A DNA stretch of 64,000 nt from Octopus sinensis (lineage: Eukaryota). How positions within the stretch are numbered: position 1 is the first letter of the stretch; each line of letters begins with the position of its first letter. Positions 40,381 through 52,896 of this stretch are shown one piece after another. The position numbers and the translations under genes are program-made. The stretch lies in contig NC_043019.1 in NCBI RefSeq assembly GCF_006345805.1, positions 8,803,360 to 8,867,359 on the forward strand, in the 5' to 3' direction. Below the pieces are notes generated by a model. The model was not told the origin of the DNA. It worked only from the letters and a program-made list of their open reading frames with translations, and searched no databases.

Positions 40381-40681
40381 GAGGTGACAAGCTCTGTATT
40401 GCTTCGGCACACCAATATCTTGGAGATATTTCCGCACTCATTTCAAGAATCTGGGCATCGAGCTTAAATTTGGTGAAGACGTTTGTGGTGGTGGTGGTGG
40501 GGGGGATTAATTAACAATGGGAATTGATGTATGGTTTATTTGTGTATGGGTAGTGACATTCAGTATAAACTCACCGCTACAAAACTCAACTCTCTTTCCT
40601 TTTCTATATTGGGTGTGTTTTTCTTGGGTTCTTCCAAAATAACCTCATAGACATGGCACAATAATTAAGCTGTGGACCAAG

Positions 40682-40730
<49 letters not shown>

Positions 40731-40731
<1 letters not shown>

Positions 40732-40890
40732 GACGGGCTTTTAGTTTCCGTCTATCAAATCCATTTACAAGGCTTTGGTCGGCTTGAGGCCATAGTAGAA
40801 GACACTTGTTCAAGGTGCCACGCAGTGGAACTGAACCCGGAACCATGTGGGCCGGGAGTAAAGTTCTTAACCCACTCCCACATCCGCACC
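40731..40890 (-). mobile_element. SINE family A, 5' half
   Basis: CGACGGGCTTTTAGTTTCCGTCTATCAAATCC..GGTGCCACGCAGTGGAACTGAACCCGGAACCATGTGG, starting at a (TA)n tract. Confidence 0.9.
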
Positions 40891-41394
40891 GGGATTTGTA
40901 ATTTTTCTTTTCGAGAATTCACAAATGTCCGGTTGTGCTCCTATTTCGAAAATTTCCTCTACGAAGTACCTACTTTTACAAGTTAAAGTGTACATAGCTG
41001 TTTACAAATGTGCTTGACTATTCTGTTGTGACTTACGCTTAGAGTTATAAATAAATATGTTAATACTTTCTTGGCTTAATCGTTGCTATAATCTTTGCGA
41101 TGAGTAAGTTCTCTGTTACCAAACAGCTGACAATTTTGATTCAATATTAATATTTCTTTGTACAAATGTGGAAAATAACAAAATGTGAAAGTACTAAGCT
41201 TCAGCTCTGGCTAATTGGGCGTGATTGATGACCAAACTTTCTAAAGCCATTCGTGAACAACACGGTAGAAATGTTTCCTTTCAAAGTAACCGTGATAATT
41301 CTTGTTCGTGCGTTGACTGAATTCTGTAATAGGTGCAGTTCCAATGCAAACACCGCACACCGCCTCCTAGCAAAATAACAATAATAATTGTGAT

Positions 41395-41573
41395 AATTGT
41401 CTCCGATTTAGGCAGGGGCCAATAATTTTGCGGGGAGGGGTTAGTCGATATAATTACTCTTAATATTGACTGGTACAATATTATATCGACCCTAGAGGGA
41501 TAAAGGCCAACGGTACCTCTGCAGGATGTGAACTCTAAAGGCATACAGACACAAGTATCAGCACGGCGCCTGT

Positions 41574-41616
<43 letters not shown>

Positions 41617-41978
41617 GAATAATAATAATAATAATAATAATAATAGTAATGATAATAATATAATAATAATAATAATAATAATAATATAATAATAATAATA
41701 ATAATAATATTAATAATATTGATAATAATAATAATAGTAATAAAAATCCTTACAGGTAGGCGTGCAATTTTGTGGGAGGGGACCAGTGGATTACATCGAT
41801 CCCAGTGTTACACTTGTACTTAATTTATCGACCCCGAAGGATTAAACACAAAGGCGACCTCGGCGGAATTTGTTGTAAGAAAGTAAAGACGGACGAAATG
41901 CTTCTAACGATTTTGCCAGCTCAGCACATTAAGAATTTAGTATGGTGTTGCTAACGATTCTGCTACCACACCGCCTTT
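41395..41978 (-). mobile_element. Two SINE B copies (41395-41570 and 41745-41978) separated by an (AAT)n tract
   Basis: Both contain TTATCGACCC..GGATxAA..GGC.AC.. cores. The (AAT)n at 41575-41745 continues the ATT tail of the second copy. Confidence 0.8.
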
Positions 41979-41986
41979 TATAACAA

Positions 41987-42203
<217 letters not shown>

Positions 42204-42620
42204 TTCTCAGAGAAATGGCAGTTCACCCATACTCTCTGCGACAAACGTAGAAAAAGAGTCTCAGAAAATCGAAACGAAAGACAAATCAAACCTCATTTAA
42301 AGAAATCATTGAAACAATAAAAAAAAAACAGATTGCTCTAAAAATAAGATGATGTTGTTGTTGTTGTTGTTTTACCTTAATATCAATGGACTGAAATGTT
42401 CGAAAGTTCGGAAGTCTAGAATTTTCTCAAGTAAGTGATCAACATCAAATTTTTAGAGTTTATTTTCCGTGTTTATCTGCACTTATGTATATACATTCAT
42501 ACATATATATATATACATATATATATATTACATACGTACAAACACACACACACGCACACGCACATATGTATATGTATAGGTATATATGTATGTATATATA
42601 TGTGTGTGTATATATATATA

Positions 42621-42701
<81 letters not shown>

Positions 42702-42832
42702 CATACTTACATCCATACATACATGCACATACATGTATACATACATATATGTGCGTGTGTTATCTGATTGTCTGTCTTCCTCTGTGCGTATATTTGTTTA
42801 CCTTTTGTTTGCGGTTTTGCAATTTGAATTAA

Positions 42833-42868
<36 letters not shown>

Positions 42869-43619
42869 TATTATTATATTATTATTATTATATTGGTTGT
42901 TGTTGTTGTTTCTGTTGCTGTATAGTATTGTTTCTTTACGATTTGTTACCTTATTTGCGTTTTTTTTACTTTTATATGTTTCCAATCAATATGTCTACGA
43001 TGTGTTCATATAGCAGTGTAATAAAAAGTGAAAACATTTATGTATAATTTTCTTGTGTTTGTTTTTAATTTTTTGTTCTTTTTTTTTGTTACGTCTGGGC
43101 TTTTGTCTGCGTCTTTACTTGTGATATTCCAGTGGCATATTGCCAAGCAAAATAAGGAAATTTTAGTGCTCTAGAAATAATGCCAAAACCAAACACGAAC
43201 ATAAGAAGAAAAACAAAGAAAAGAAACGAAATTTTTAAAATAGAAAAAGATGTAATAAAAATTTAGAAAAAACCCAGTCCCACACACATTCACACACAAC
43301 GAAACACGCACACCCATATTCAAAGAAACGCACAAACACACACACATGTTGAGGTTTGGAAAATTTAAGTAGAAGGAAATTTCTCAGGTGGCGTACAGGT
43401 TACGTAGTTAAATAATTAATGTAGGTGACGGTAAGACTGAATAACGTTAGTAGAAGAATTCATAATGAATTGAGATATGCCTTTTTGAAGGGGAAGGAAA
43501 CAAAAACTTAGCGGCAATTATTGAGTTATCCGAAAAATGAAGGCGAGATATTTCCTAGCAATTAAAAATTAATGTCAAAGAAAAATGTGTTCATATTTCG
43601 AAGAAATTGCTTTGGTTAT

Positions 43620-44760
43620 TCACTGAGTAGACGTGAACTATGAGAATGTTTCGATATCTTTAGGTCTTGTCAACAAAATACACTTCTTTTATTGGTCTGC
43701 TTAGCACTTTAAACACACATTCCCCGAAGCAAATATTACATGTTTAAATCTGACTGAGAAATATGTGCTTGATCTCTGACGATGTCTAACAACAGGCCGA
43801 AACTTTCCATAGCTGCCATATGCCCCTTAATAACAATCAAATGGGTCTTTTAGTATGATGATATATTTCCCTTTCAAATGACATTTATCCAAGGAAGAAA
43901 TTTGTCCTGAAATAGTTTTTGTATACAACAGTATATTCAGGAAAATAAAACGTTTCTGGTGTCCCTCAAATGTTTTATTGTTTTGTAAAACTGCTTTCTG
44001 GTGATATTCGTAATATCTTTCTTCATGGACAGAATTTCTGACAGAGTCGTGATACATTGCTCCATTCTTCCCAGAAGGTGACTAGTTGTAGTAGCTCAGG
44101 TATATTCTGTATCATTTCCAGTTTTCATTCTTGCGATTTTTACAGAATCGCTCAAAATTAAAACTGGTTGAATTGTCAGAATGTGTTGTTGCTCTGCTCC
44201 TTGTCAAGTGTTGAGTCGTGTGTATATTTGAGATCTATCTGTGAATTTAGCTCAATGTTTCCGAAGTGAATTCAATGATTTTCAATATCAGCATCGATGT
44301 TATTTATATACTTTTTGCATCACCTTCTTTGCTTGAATACGCCATCAATTTCACATATAAAGTCTTACTAAAGTATTTTTAATGCGTTTCGAGGAGACAT
44401 CCATTGTATGTACGATTCTCTTAGTTCTCCTCTCTTCTTTCCGTTGTAGAGTTTTAAATGATTCGTATGAAGCGGCTTTTGCTGTGGTTTCACCAGTTTA
44501 TTGCAGACTGGAGTTTCTTCCTTTTTCATTGTTGTATTAGCCATTTACTTTATATTTTCTCGCAACATTATTATTTAAGATGTTTGCTTCTTCTATATAA
44601 TACATTTTGAGGCGATGTCAACGTTTATATTTTTCTTCGTTCCTGCAGTATTTTCGCCGACAAACTCCTTGTTCCTTTTATAGATCTCACCTCTGCTGGG
44701 CACAGACCGATCGATTTTAAATTTAATATCCTGTTCAACTATAATGCCCCCATAGGTAAT
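43620..44760 (-). mobile_element. Penelope-like retroelement remnant (RT C-terminus, GIY-YIG, terminal repeat)
   Basis: Minus-strand fragments RKYCRNEEKY..EEANIL..KVNG* (cf. RA..IC...EE..I...NGY), VSSKRIKNTL, MKKDITNI..KHLRDTRNVLF (cf. EHK.D...H..DTGH.F) and LDKCHL lie in Penelope order. A TGTTGAC..GAAAC motif lies about 150 bp downstream. Confidence 0.5.
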
Positions 44761-45056
44761 CATTTAATTACTGCAATTTCTACTAAGTGTAGCAATTTCT
44801 AACTAAAGACCAATAACACGCCAGTATAAACATACTTTATACGCACACATACATATATATATACACACACGCACACAAGTATACAAAAGGTATGTATGAG
44901 TGTAAATTTATAAGCGTGTATACAGAACATACGTCGTAATTTTCTCTCTCACTTATTTTTTCCTCTCTCTCTCTTTCTCTCTGTATACACACACACACAT
45001 GTATATATATATATATATATATATACATTATATATATATACAAATATATATATATA

Positions 45057-45095
<39 letters not shown>

Positions 45096-45626
45096 ACATA
45101 TGTATGTATGCATACATATATATATATGTGTATATATATACATACATAAATATATATATACGTGTGTGTGTATGTATAATTGATTAATTATTAATTTACT
45201 TAATAAGGCCACCGATATTGCACGTATAGCAATCGGGATTTCGATTATTATACCGCTACTGGACCTCTGTAACTGACGGGTCAACGTCAGATGAAGTCCT
45301 GTGATTTGGCAGTTTTGTCAACGAAATGAAGGCAACTACTTTAATGTAGCAAGAGTCAATATAACGCACCGTCTAAAGGTAAAAAATACAGCATCCAGTG
45401 TTCTAACCTGGCGCCCAAGTTTATTTGGAGATAAAGAATGCCTTTTCATATGTACCCATATATGCGTATGTACCTACACATATATATATATGTTTATATA
45501 AATGTATTTGTATGTATATATATATATTTATATATATACATATATGTATGTAGTTACATACATATCTATATATATATGTATGTATATATATATATATATA
45601 TATATAACACATATGTATGCATGCAT

Positions 45627-46082
45627 AGGAGTGGCTGTGAGGTAAGACGCTTACTTCCCAACCATATGTTTCCGGGTTCAGCCCTACTGCGTGGCACTTT
45701 GCACAAGTGTCTATTCTATTATAATTACGAGCCAACCAAAGCCTTGTGATTGTATTTAGCAGACAGAAACTGAAAGAAGCTCGTAGATATATATATATAT
45801 ATATATATAATGCGTGTGTGTATGTATGCGTGTCTGTGTGTGCCTGTGTCTGTGTCTCTGTGTGTCTGTGTTTCGTTGTATGCTGTCTATGTTTTTCCGC
45901 CATCATTGCTTCACGACCGATGCTGGTGTATTTCCAGGTAACGTAGCGGTTCGGCCAAAACTGACAGAATAAGTACTTGGATTTCAAAGAATATGTCCGG
46001 GGCATCAATTTTTTCAGATTAAAGGTGGTGCTCTACCATTCCCGCAGGTAAATGACTGAACCAGGTAACAAGATACATGAGT

Positions 46083-46090
<8 letters not shown>
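45627..46090 (+). mobile_element. SINE family A, full-length, diverged
   Basis: AGGAGTGGCTGTGAGGTAAG..GGTTCAGCCCTACTGCGTGGCAC..GAAACTGAAAGAAGCTCG..GGTGGTGCTCTACC..AAATGACTGAACC. Confidence 0.88.
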
Positions 46091-46147
<57 letters not shown>

Positions 46148-46229
46148 TATATATATATTATATATTATATATATATATATATCATACATACCTATTATAT
46201 ATAGATATGTATGTATATATATATATATA

Positions 46230-46260
<31 letters not shown>

Positions 46261-46263
<3 letters not shown>

Positions 46264-46531
46264 GCGTGGTGTATGTATGTTGTCTGTGTTGCCTGTGTCT
46301 GTGTCTCTGTGTGTCTGTGTTTCGTTGTATGTCTATGTTTTTCCGCCATCATTGCTTGACGACCGATGCTGGTGTATTTCCAGGTAACGTAGCGGTTCGG
46401 CCAGAGAAACTGACAGAATAAGTACTTGGATTTCAAAGAATATGTCCGGGGCATCAATTTTTTCAGATTAAAGGTGGTGCTCTACCATTCCCGCAGGTAA
46501 ATGACTGAACCAGGTACAAGAGTACATGAGT

Positions 46532-46539
<8 letters not shown>
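46261..46539 (+). repeat. Local duplicate of the 3' 280 bp of the preceding SINE A
   Basis: Shares the private mutations of 45809-46090 (e.g. GGCATCAATTTTTTCAGATTAAAGG, CCATTCCCGCAGGT). Confidence 0.95.
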
Positions 46540-46586
<47 letters not shown>

Positions 46587-46599
46587 TATATATATATAT

Positions 46600-46726
46600 T
46601 ATATATATATATAATAGATAGATATATAATAGATAGATAGATAATAGATAGATAGATAGATAGATAGAAAGATAATAGATAGATAGGTACGTATATTTAT
46701 AGATAGATAGATACATACATACATAT

Positions 46727-46783
<57 letters not shown>

Positions 46784-46814
46784 AAGATAAATAGATAGAT
46801 AGGTACGTATATTT

Positions 46815-46848
<34 letters not shown>

Positions 46849-46878
46849 TGATAGATAGATTGATAGATAGAAAGATAT

Positions 46879-46928
<50 letters not shown>

Positions 46929-46930
46929 TC
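46600..46930. repeat. (GATA)n tract, ~330 bp
   Basis: Direct reading; it includes an internal duplicated GAAAGATAA..GGTACGTATATTTATAG block. Confidence 0.97.
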
Positions 46931-47631
46931 GTTCAGTGTAGAATAATATACTTACCTATGAAATATATGTATACACTCACCAATGTATATTTTGAATGTG
47001 CGTATCTGTCTTCGTAAGACACTCTCTGCCAACCAGCCATGCGTAAGGTTTTGCAATCTTAAATACTCTACCTGCTGCGCCAATTTATTAAGTAATCAAA
47101 TATGCATGTAGACTTCTAATTCGACGTCGCATTATGGTTTCAAACCCACATTCCTCAGAGTATCTTCAACGGTTTTTCTACTAAACCACTTATGAATAGA
47201 AGAATATTATTAATTTTGAAATGTGTTGAATGACAATATTTTTAGTAGATTATCATTGTAAAAGTCTTTTACATTTTTTCCGTTTTTATGTATATTTTAA
47301 GAAAATTAAATTCTACATCTGTTAAATATGTGCTGAGAATATGTTACCGTATATATGAAATATACAACGATAAGACAATGAGGAGTATCATAAAGACTTG
47401 TAGTTCGTGACTAATTTTACAGAGGGCAATTATGAAATAAAAGAGAGAACAAGAATGAGAGAGAGAGAGAGAGAGAGAGTGAGAAGTAGTGAACATACAC
47501 AAAATATATATTTATATATCTATATATGGGAAAAAGTGTAGATGTGTGCGGCTATGAATAAACAATGCACACATACACACCGCACACATATATGCATCAG
47601 TGTGCATCTGGTACAGAAACGCACACACCTT

Positions 47632-47668
<37 letters not shown>

Positions 47669-47671
47669 TAG

Positions 47672-47703
<32 letters not shown>

Positions 47704-47875
47704 TTGTCTATATGTGTGTATATATATATATTATATATATATATACATATATATGTATATGTGTGTGTGTATGTATATACGTATTTTCTTTATATATATA
47801 TATAATATATATATATATATGTATATATATGTTACTATATATAGTATGTATATATAAATACATAGAGAGAAAGAG

Positions 47876-47911
<36 letters not shown>

Positions 47912-48708
47912 CGACGAATGACACCTATATCGACAGCCATAAATATTGTTCTTTGTCCAGACTAATCTATCATAAAAATTCTAGATGACTATTACACGTA
48001 ATAGAGTTATTCTTCTAATAAACTTTTCATATCCTGCTCGGCTTCAGTAATTTAGTTATATCGTTAGTTTTAAAATCAAATTAACAATGATTATTGTAAT
48101 TCGTCGTCTTTATCAATAATATAAGTAAAAACAGACACAACAACACCTTCCACAAGCAATACAAAAGTGTGTATGTATATATATACAGGTGATATGTATA
48201 TATGTTATGCACATATATATACACACTCGCAGGTATTAGGAGTGAGTGTGTGAAAGGAAGTGAGAGATAAAGTGAATAAGAGACATTAATTTCAATATTT
48301 TTATATTTTATTTCTAACTTTGGTGCTTTTAAATAATAGGTACAATAATAGAAAATAAAATTTCTAAATATATTAAATATATTTCCCAACATCTCGACGA
48401 CTCCCCCTCTCACATCCCCACCCCCTGTCTACACCAACTTCTCTGCTTCTTTGTCTACTAATACTTTTCGCCACTTCTTTTACTTACCAATTATTAACAC
48501 AAAATCATTAGTATTCTATTTTCAATGATGTCAATCACGGTGAGACAGAACAATTAAAGCAAATGACGTCATCAACTTGTTTTTATTGACAATCTTATTT
48601 GTCCGGATATTTTCCAATGATTTCTGTATTTTGTATGGCTTCTGTATAAGAGACTCTTTACATAATCGCTTAGAAACAACAGCGCAATCTTCTTCAAATC
48701 TCACAATA

Positions 48709-48945
48709 CAGTGACCTCTCGACTATCGCGTGTGTTACGTTTCAAAATGACCCGCGATGGGTCAAAATCTTTAAAGTAGGAACAGGACTCTACTGTATAT
48801 TGTTTAACATTATTTTTATAATTTGTATATATTTATTTTATAATAAAATCAAAACAACACTACAGAGGAATCGACGTAAGCTTAAATAATAAACCGCGAT
48901 AGGTGAACCGTGATAGGTAACCCGCGATTGGGCGAGGGATAACTG
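48709..48945. mobile_element. pogo/Tigger-like (Tc1/mariner superfamily) MITE
   Basis: TA-CAGTGACCTCTCGACTATCGCG ... CGCGATTGGGCGAGGGATAACTG-TA: imperfect ~22-bp TIRs, a TA target duplication, and three subterminal A(A/C)CCG(C/T)GAT repeats. Confidence 0.85.
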
Positions 48946-49388
48946 TACCGTGTTATCTCAGTAAGATGTGCGTTGGCTATTATCGTTATTGACACCATAC
49001 ATTGAATACCTGATCATAGTTGAGATCACTTGATCAATACTGACCCTGGGCTAAACAACAATAACAAGAAACTTCAATTTATATTGTTGTCTCTCCACCT
49101 GCTAGAAATAGCAGCCAGTCTGTCGAAGAATTCTGCATTCCTCTGCTGTCTTATAAACGATTACTTTTGCAGGTTAAGCAAGCGTGGATTTGCGGTACTG
49201 AGTCGGGAATACAAGCGAGCGCCAGGGATGGAAGCTCAGACCTGTGTTTGTAAGGAGAAACACGACTTGTGTGTGCGTGTATGTGTGTGTGTAAGTGTGT
49301 GAGTATGTGTGTGTAATTATATGCAAATTTACATCCACAGAAACTGAATAATAACTAAATATATTATGTGTGTGTGTGTGTGTGTGTG

Positions 49389-49435
<47 letters not shown>

Positions 49436-49579
49436 TGTGTGTATGTATGCGTGTTTGTTATAAATCTCCGATATGCATGAACAACGTTAACTGAATCCTG
49501 CAGATATTTTTCTATTCATTTACCACAAAGTAGAAACACAAACGAAAATCAGTGAACGAAAAGCAGAAGAACTAACAGA

Positions 49580-49860
49580 CAGGTTGGGGAACCTCCAGTG
49601 TTGGATGCATGTACACCGTTACCTTGGAAAAGAATAGGCCCCACCACCAGACTCCTTCGCTCCACCTACACCAAAGCCAACGCCGACACCAACACAACAC
49701 GCAATGTACTAAACGGCTTCGGAATCTCGGTCTGCTAGTATTAGTAAGCGTATCTCCTGCCAGACTCTGCTCCCTGCCGTTCTAAATGCCTGGAAACCTT
49801 TGATCATCGCTCTTCTCTCTGGTGAACCATTCCGAGGTGAATAGCATCAAAAAACATAAA
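49580..49860 (+). mobile_element. Possible Jockey-group LINE 3' end
   Basis: Fragments HVHRYLG (cf. FYRYY.G) and PARLCSLP..GNL (cf. RLWNSLP...NL), then an A-rich end. Confidence 0.3.
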
Positions 49861-50020
49861 CAAAACAACCATTCTCTCATTTTCTCTCTTCCTCTCTTAA
49901 TCTGCCTTTCTCTCTCTCTCTCTCTGTCACTTTCTCTCTACACCCACACATCTCTCTCTTTCTTATTCTCCCCTTCTCTCTCTCTCTCTCTCTCACTCTC
50001 TCTTCTTGTATATATACAAA

Positions 50021-50220
50021 GTGTGGGATGTTCGGCTCACGAGCTTTACGTCATGAGTTCGATTCCCGCCGGTACTTTGTATCCTTAAGCAAGATATTTT
50101 ACTTTACGTCGCTCAAGTCAATCTACGCAACTGTCAAAACTGAATTGTGCGTGTAATTCAGAGGTGAAGCCCTGTCATATTCTCTTGACTTCTACATTAA
50201 ACGTACTCGTGTCTGTGGAG
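50021..50220 (+). mobile_element. SINE family C
   Basis: B-box GAGTTCGATTCCC and TCCTTAAGCAAGATATTTTACTTTACGTCGCTC. The 3' part is the reverse complement of 51790-51880. Confidence 0.7.
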
Positions 50221-50370
50221 GTATATGTATACACACACACACACACAAACACACACACTCACACACACACACATATATATATACATATAAATATAAGCCT
50301 AGTACTTATTCTATCGGTTACTTTTGTCGAATAGCTAAGTTATATATATATATATGTTTATATATATAAT

Positions 50371-50436
<66 letters not shown>

Positions 50437-50456
50437 CATATCTGTGTGTGTATCAA

Positions 50457-50608
50457 TGCAGGCGTGGCTGTGTGGCAAAGACCATGCTTCCGAAGCATTT
50501 GATTCCGGGTTCAGTCCCACTGCATGGCTTCTTGCTTGTACTATTGCATCGGGCCGACCAAAGCCTTGTGAATGCATTTGGTAAACGGAAACTGAAAGAA
50601 ACCCCTTC
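50457..50608 (+). mobile_element. SINE family A, 5' half
   Basis: GGCGTGGCTGTGTGG..GGGTTCAGTCCCACTGC..GACCAAAGCCTTGTG..CGGAAACTGAAAGAA, ending at (TA)n. Confidence 0.85.
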
Positions 50609-50660
<52 letters not shown>

Positions 50661-51496
50661 TACACAAACATATTTATAAATAGGCACGCACACATATATT
50701 TGTTCGTCTACCTATATGTGAATTCACGGATACATATATATATATATGTGTGTTTGTGTGTGTGCATGTGAGTGTATGCTCTGTTGATATACACAAAACT
50801 TTAGTCGTGGCACTGAGAACATGTGAGATGTTCACTGATAATAAGGCGTGGCATTTGGACTAATTCGATATATGTGTGTGTGTGTGTGTGTGTGCGTGTG
50901 CGTGTGTCTGTGTGTGTATCTGTGTATGCGCATATGTATGTATGCATATATATATACACATACATACATACATACATACATACATACATACATACATGTA
51001 CATATATATGTGTATATATGTTTATAGATGTATAGATGTGCACAGAATCTCTACAACACTCCTCACAGACTACAATCAGAAGATTCCTTTGTAGAACTGA
51101 ACACCTTTAGTTTCCTCTTTTGTTTTTTATCGAAGATGTTTTTCCACAAGATATCAAAAAAATAGTGAAATCACATCCAGGAATAAATACCTGCACGTAA
51201 TTACTTAAAATTCAGTGAAGGTGTGATATATAAAACATGAAATAAAGTTTTATTAATGAAATTAATTGAGGATAGAAAAGAAATCCCGTTGTTAGAGTTA
51301 GTTTTAAAAGATAAAAAGAAGTGATTAATGGAAGTCTATCACGTGCTTGTTGTGATCAAATTGTCTTTCCTCTTATACAGTTAAGGCTTGCTGTCACTAG
51401 ACTGCCCGTCTTCATAAACTTAAGGCTTATCTAGATTATCTCATCATAAATCTTTCCTATGTTACGAATTTATGTGGTATTATATACAAACCTTAC

Positions 51497-51625
51497 GGCT
51501 GCGAGCCGGAGGAATCGTTAGCAGGCCGGATGAATCGTTTAGCGTCCACCTTCACGTTTTGAATTCAAACTCCACTGAGGCCCACATTGCCCTTCATCCC
51601 TAGGGGTTGATAAAAGAAGTACTTA
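51497..51625 (+). mobile_element. SINE family B, head and core, diverged
   Basis: GAATCGTTAGCAGGCCGG..GAATTCAAACTCCACTGAGG..CTTCATCCCTAGGGGTTGATAAAA. Confidence 0.7.
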
Positions 51626-51691
51626 CCGCATAGGTATTCCTGCGCCTATATATGAACATACATATACCTATATGTATATATATATGTACAT

Positions 51692-51943
51692 CATGGCACT
51701 CCGTCGATGACGGGGGACGAGGGTTCCATTAGATCCGATTCCGATCAACGGAACAGCCTGCTCGTGAAATTAACGTGCAAGTAGCTGAGCACTCCACAGA
51801 TACGTATATCCTTAACTTAGTTCCCGGGGAGATTCAGCGTGACTCAGAGTGTGATAAGGTTGGCCATTTAAAATACAGGTACTATAGAAACAGGAAGAAA
51901 GAGTGAAAGAAAGTTGTGGTGAAAGGGTACAGCAGGGTTCACC
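51692..51943 (-). mobile_element. SINE C-related 3' fragment
   Basis: CTCCACAGATACGTATATCCTTAAC..AAAATACAGGTAC is homologous to the reverse complement of 50140-50220. Confidence 0.65.
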
Positions 51944-51954
51944 TATTTCGAATT

Positions 51955-52184
51955 ACCTATTTCTTTACTACCCAGAAGGGTTAAACACAGAGGGGACAAA
52001 CAAGGACAGGCAAACGGATTAAGTCGATTACATCGAACCCCAGTACGTAATTTGTACTTAATTTATCGACACCGAAAGGATGAAAGGCAAAGTCGACCTC
52101 GGCGGATTTGAACTCAGAACATAGTGGCAGACGAAATACTGCTGAGCATTTCGTCGTGCTAACGTCTCTGCCAACTCGCCGCCT
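51955..52184 (-). mobile_element. SINE family B (tail type 1), full-length
   Basis: The reverse complement starts AGGCGGCGAGTTGGCAGAGACGTTAGCACG and has a B-box GAGTTCAAATCC. Its core and tail are nearly identical to 13030-13228. Confidence 0.92.
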
Positions 52185-52449
52185 CTCGTTTGTTATAACA
52201 TTGTAGGAAGACGAGTAATGTATATTACATTTAACACTGACATATTGTTGAATAAGTATAACGAAACAAGTATATAAACATCTATGAAGTTATTCACACA
52301 GAAATGAGGAAATTTCTAATACCAGTAATATCCAAGGGTCGTCAACAGTTTTGAAGTATTACTGGAATAATTTGAACTTAAAAACAGATTTAAATTCGAA
52401 TTATAGGGAAAACAGCAAAAATATAGCCAACCGAATTGCAAAATTCTCA

Positions 52450-52896
52450 GGTGTAGGAGTGGCGGTGTGGTAAGTAGCTTATTTACCACCTTAATGGCGA
52501 ATCTTTCATGAAATAAAGTAGCTTGTTTACCAACCACATGGTTCCGCGTTCAGTCCCACTGCGTGGCATCTTGGGCAGGTATCTTCTACTATAACCTCGG
52601 GCCGACCAAAGCCTTGTGAGTAGATTTGATAGACGGAAGCTGAAAGAAGCCCGTCATATATATGTATATATATGTATGCGTGTGTATATGTTTGTGTCTA
52701 TGTTTGTCCCCCAACATCGCTTGACAACCGATGCTGGTATGTTTACGTCCGCGTAACATAGCGATTCGGCAAAAAAGAGTGATACAATAAGTACTAGGTT
52801 TACAAACCATAAGTCCTGGGATTGATTTGCTCGACCAAAGACGGTGCTCCAGCATGGTCACAGTCAAATGAATGAAACAAGTAAAAGAGTAAAGAT
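52450..52896 (+). mobile_element. SINE family A, full-length, with a 27-nt insertion in its head
   Basis: Complete head, core, internal microsatellite and AAACAAGTAAAAGAGTAAAG tail. Confidence 0.92.
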
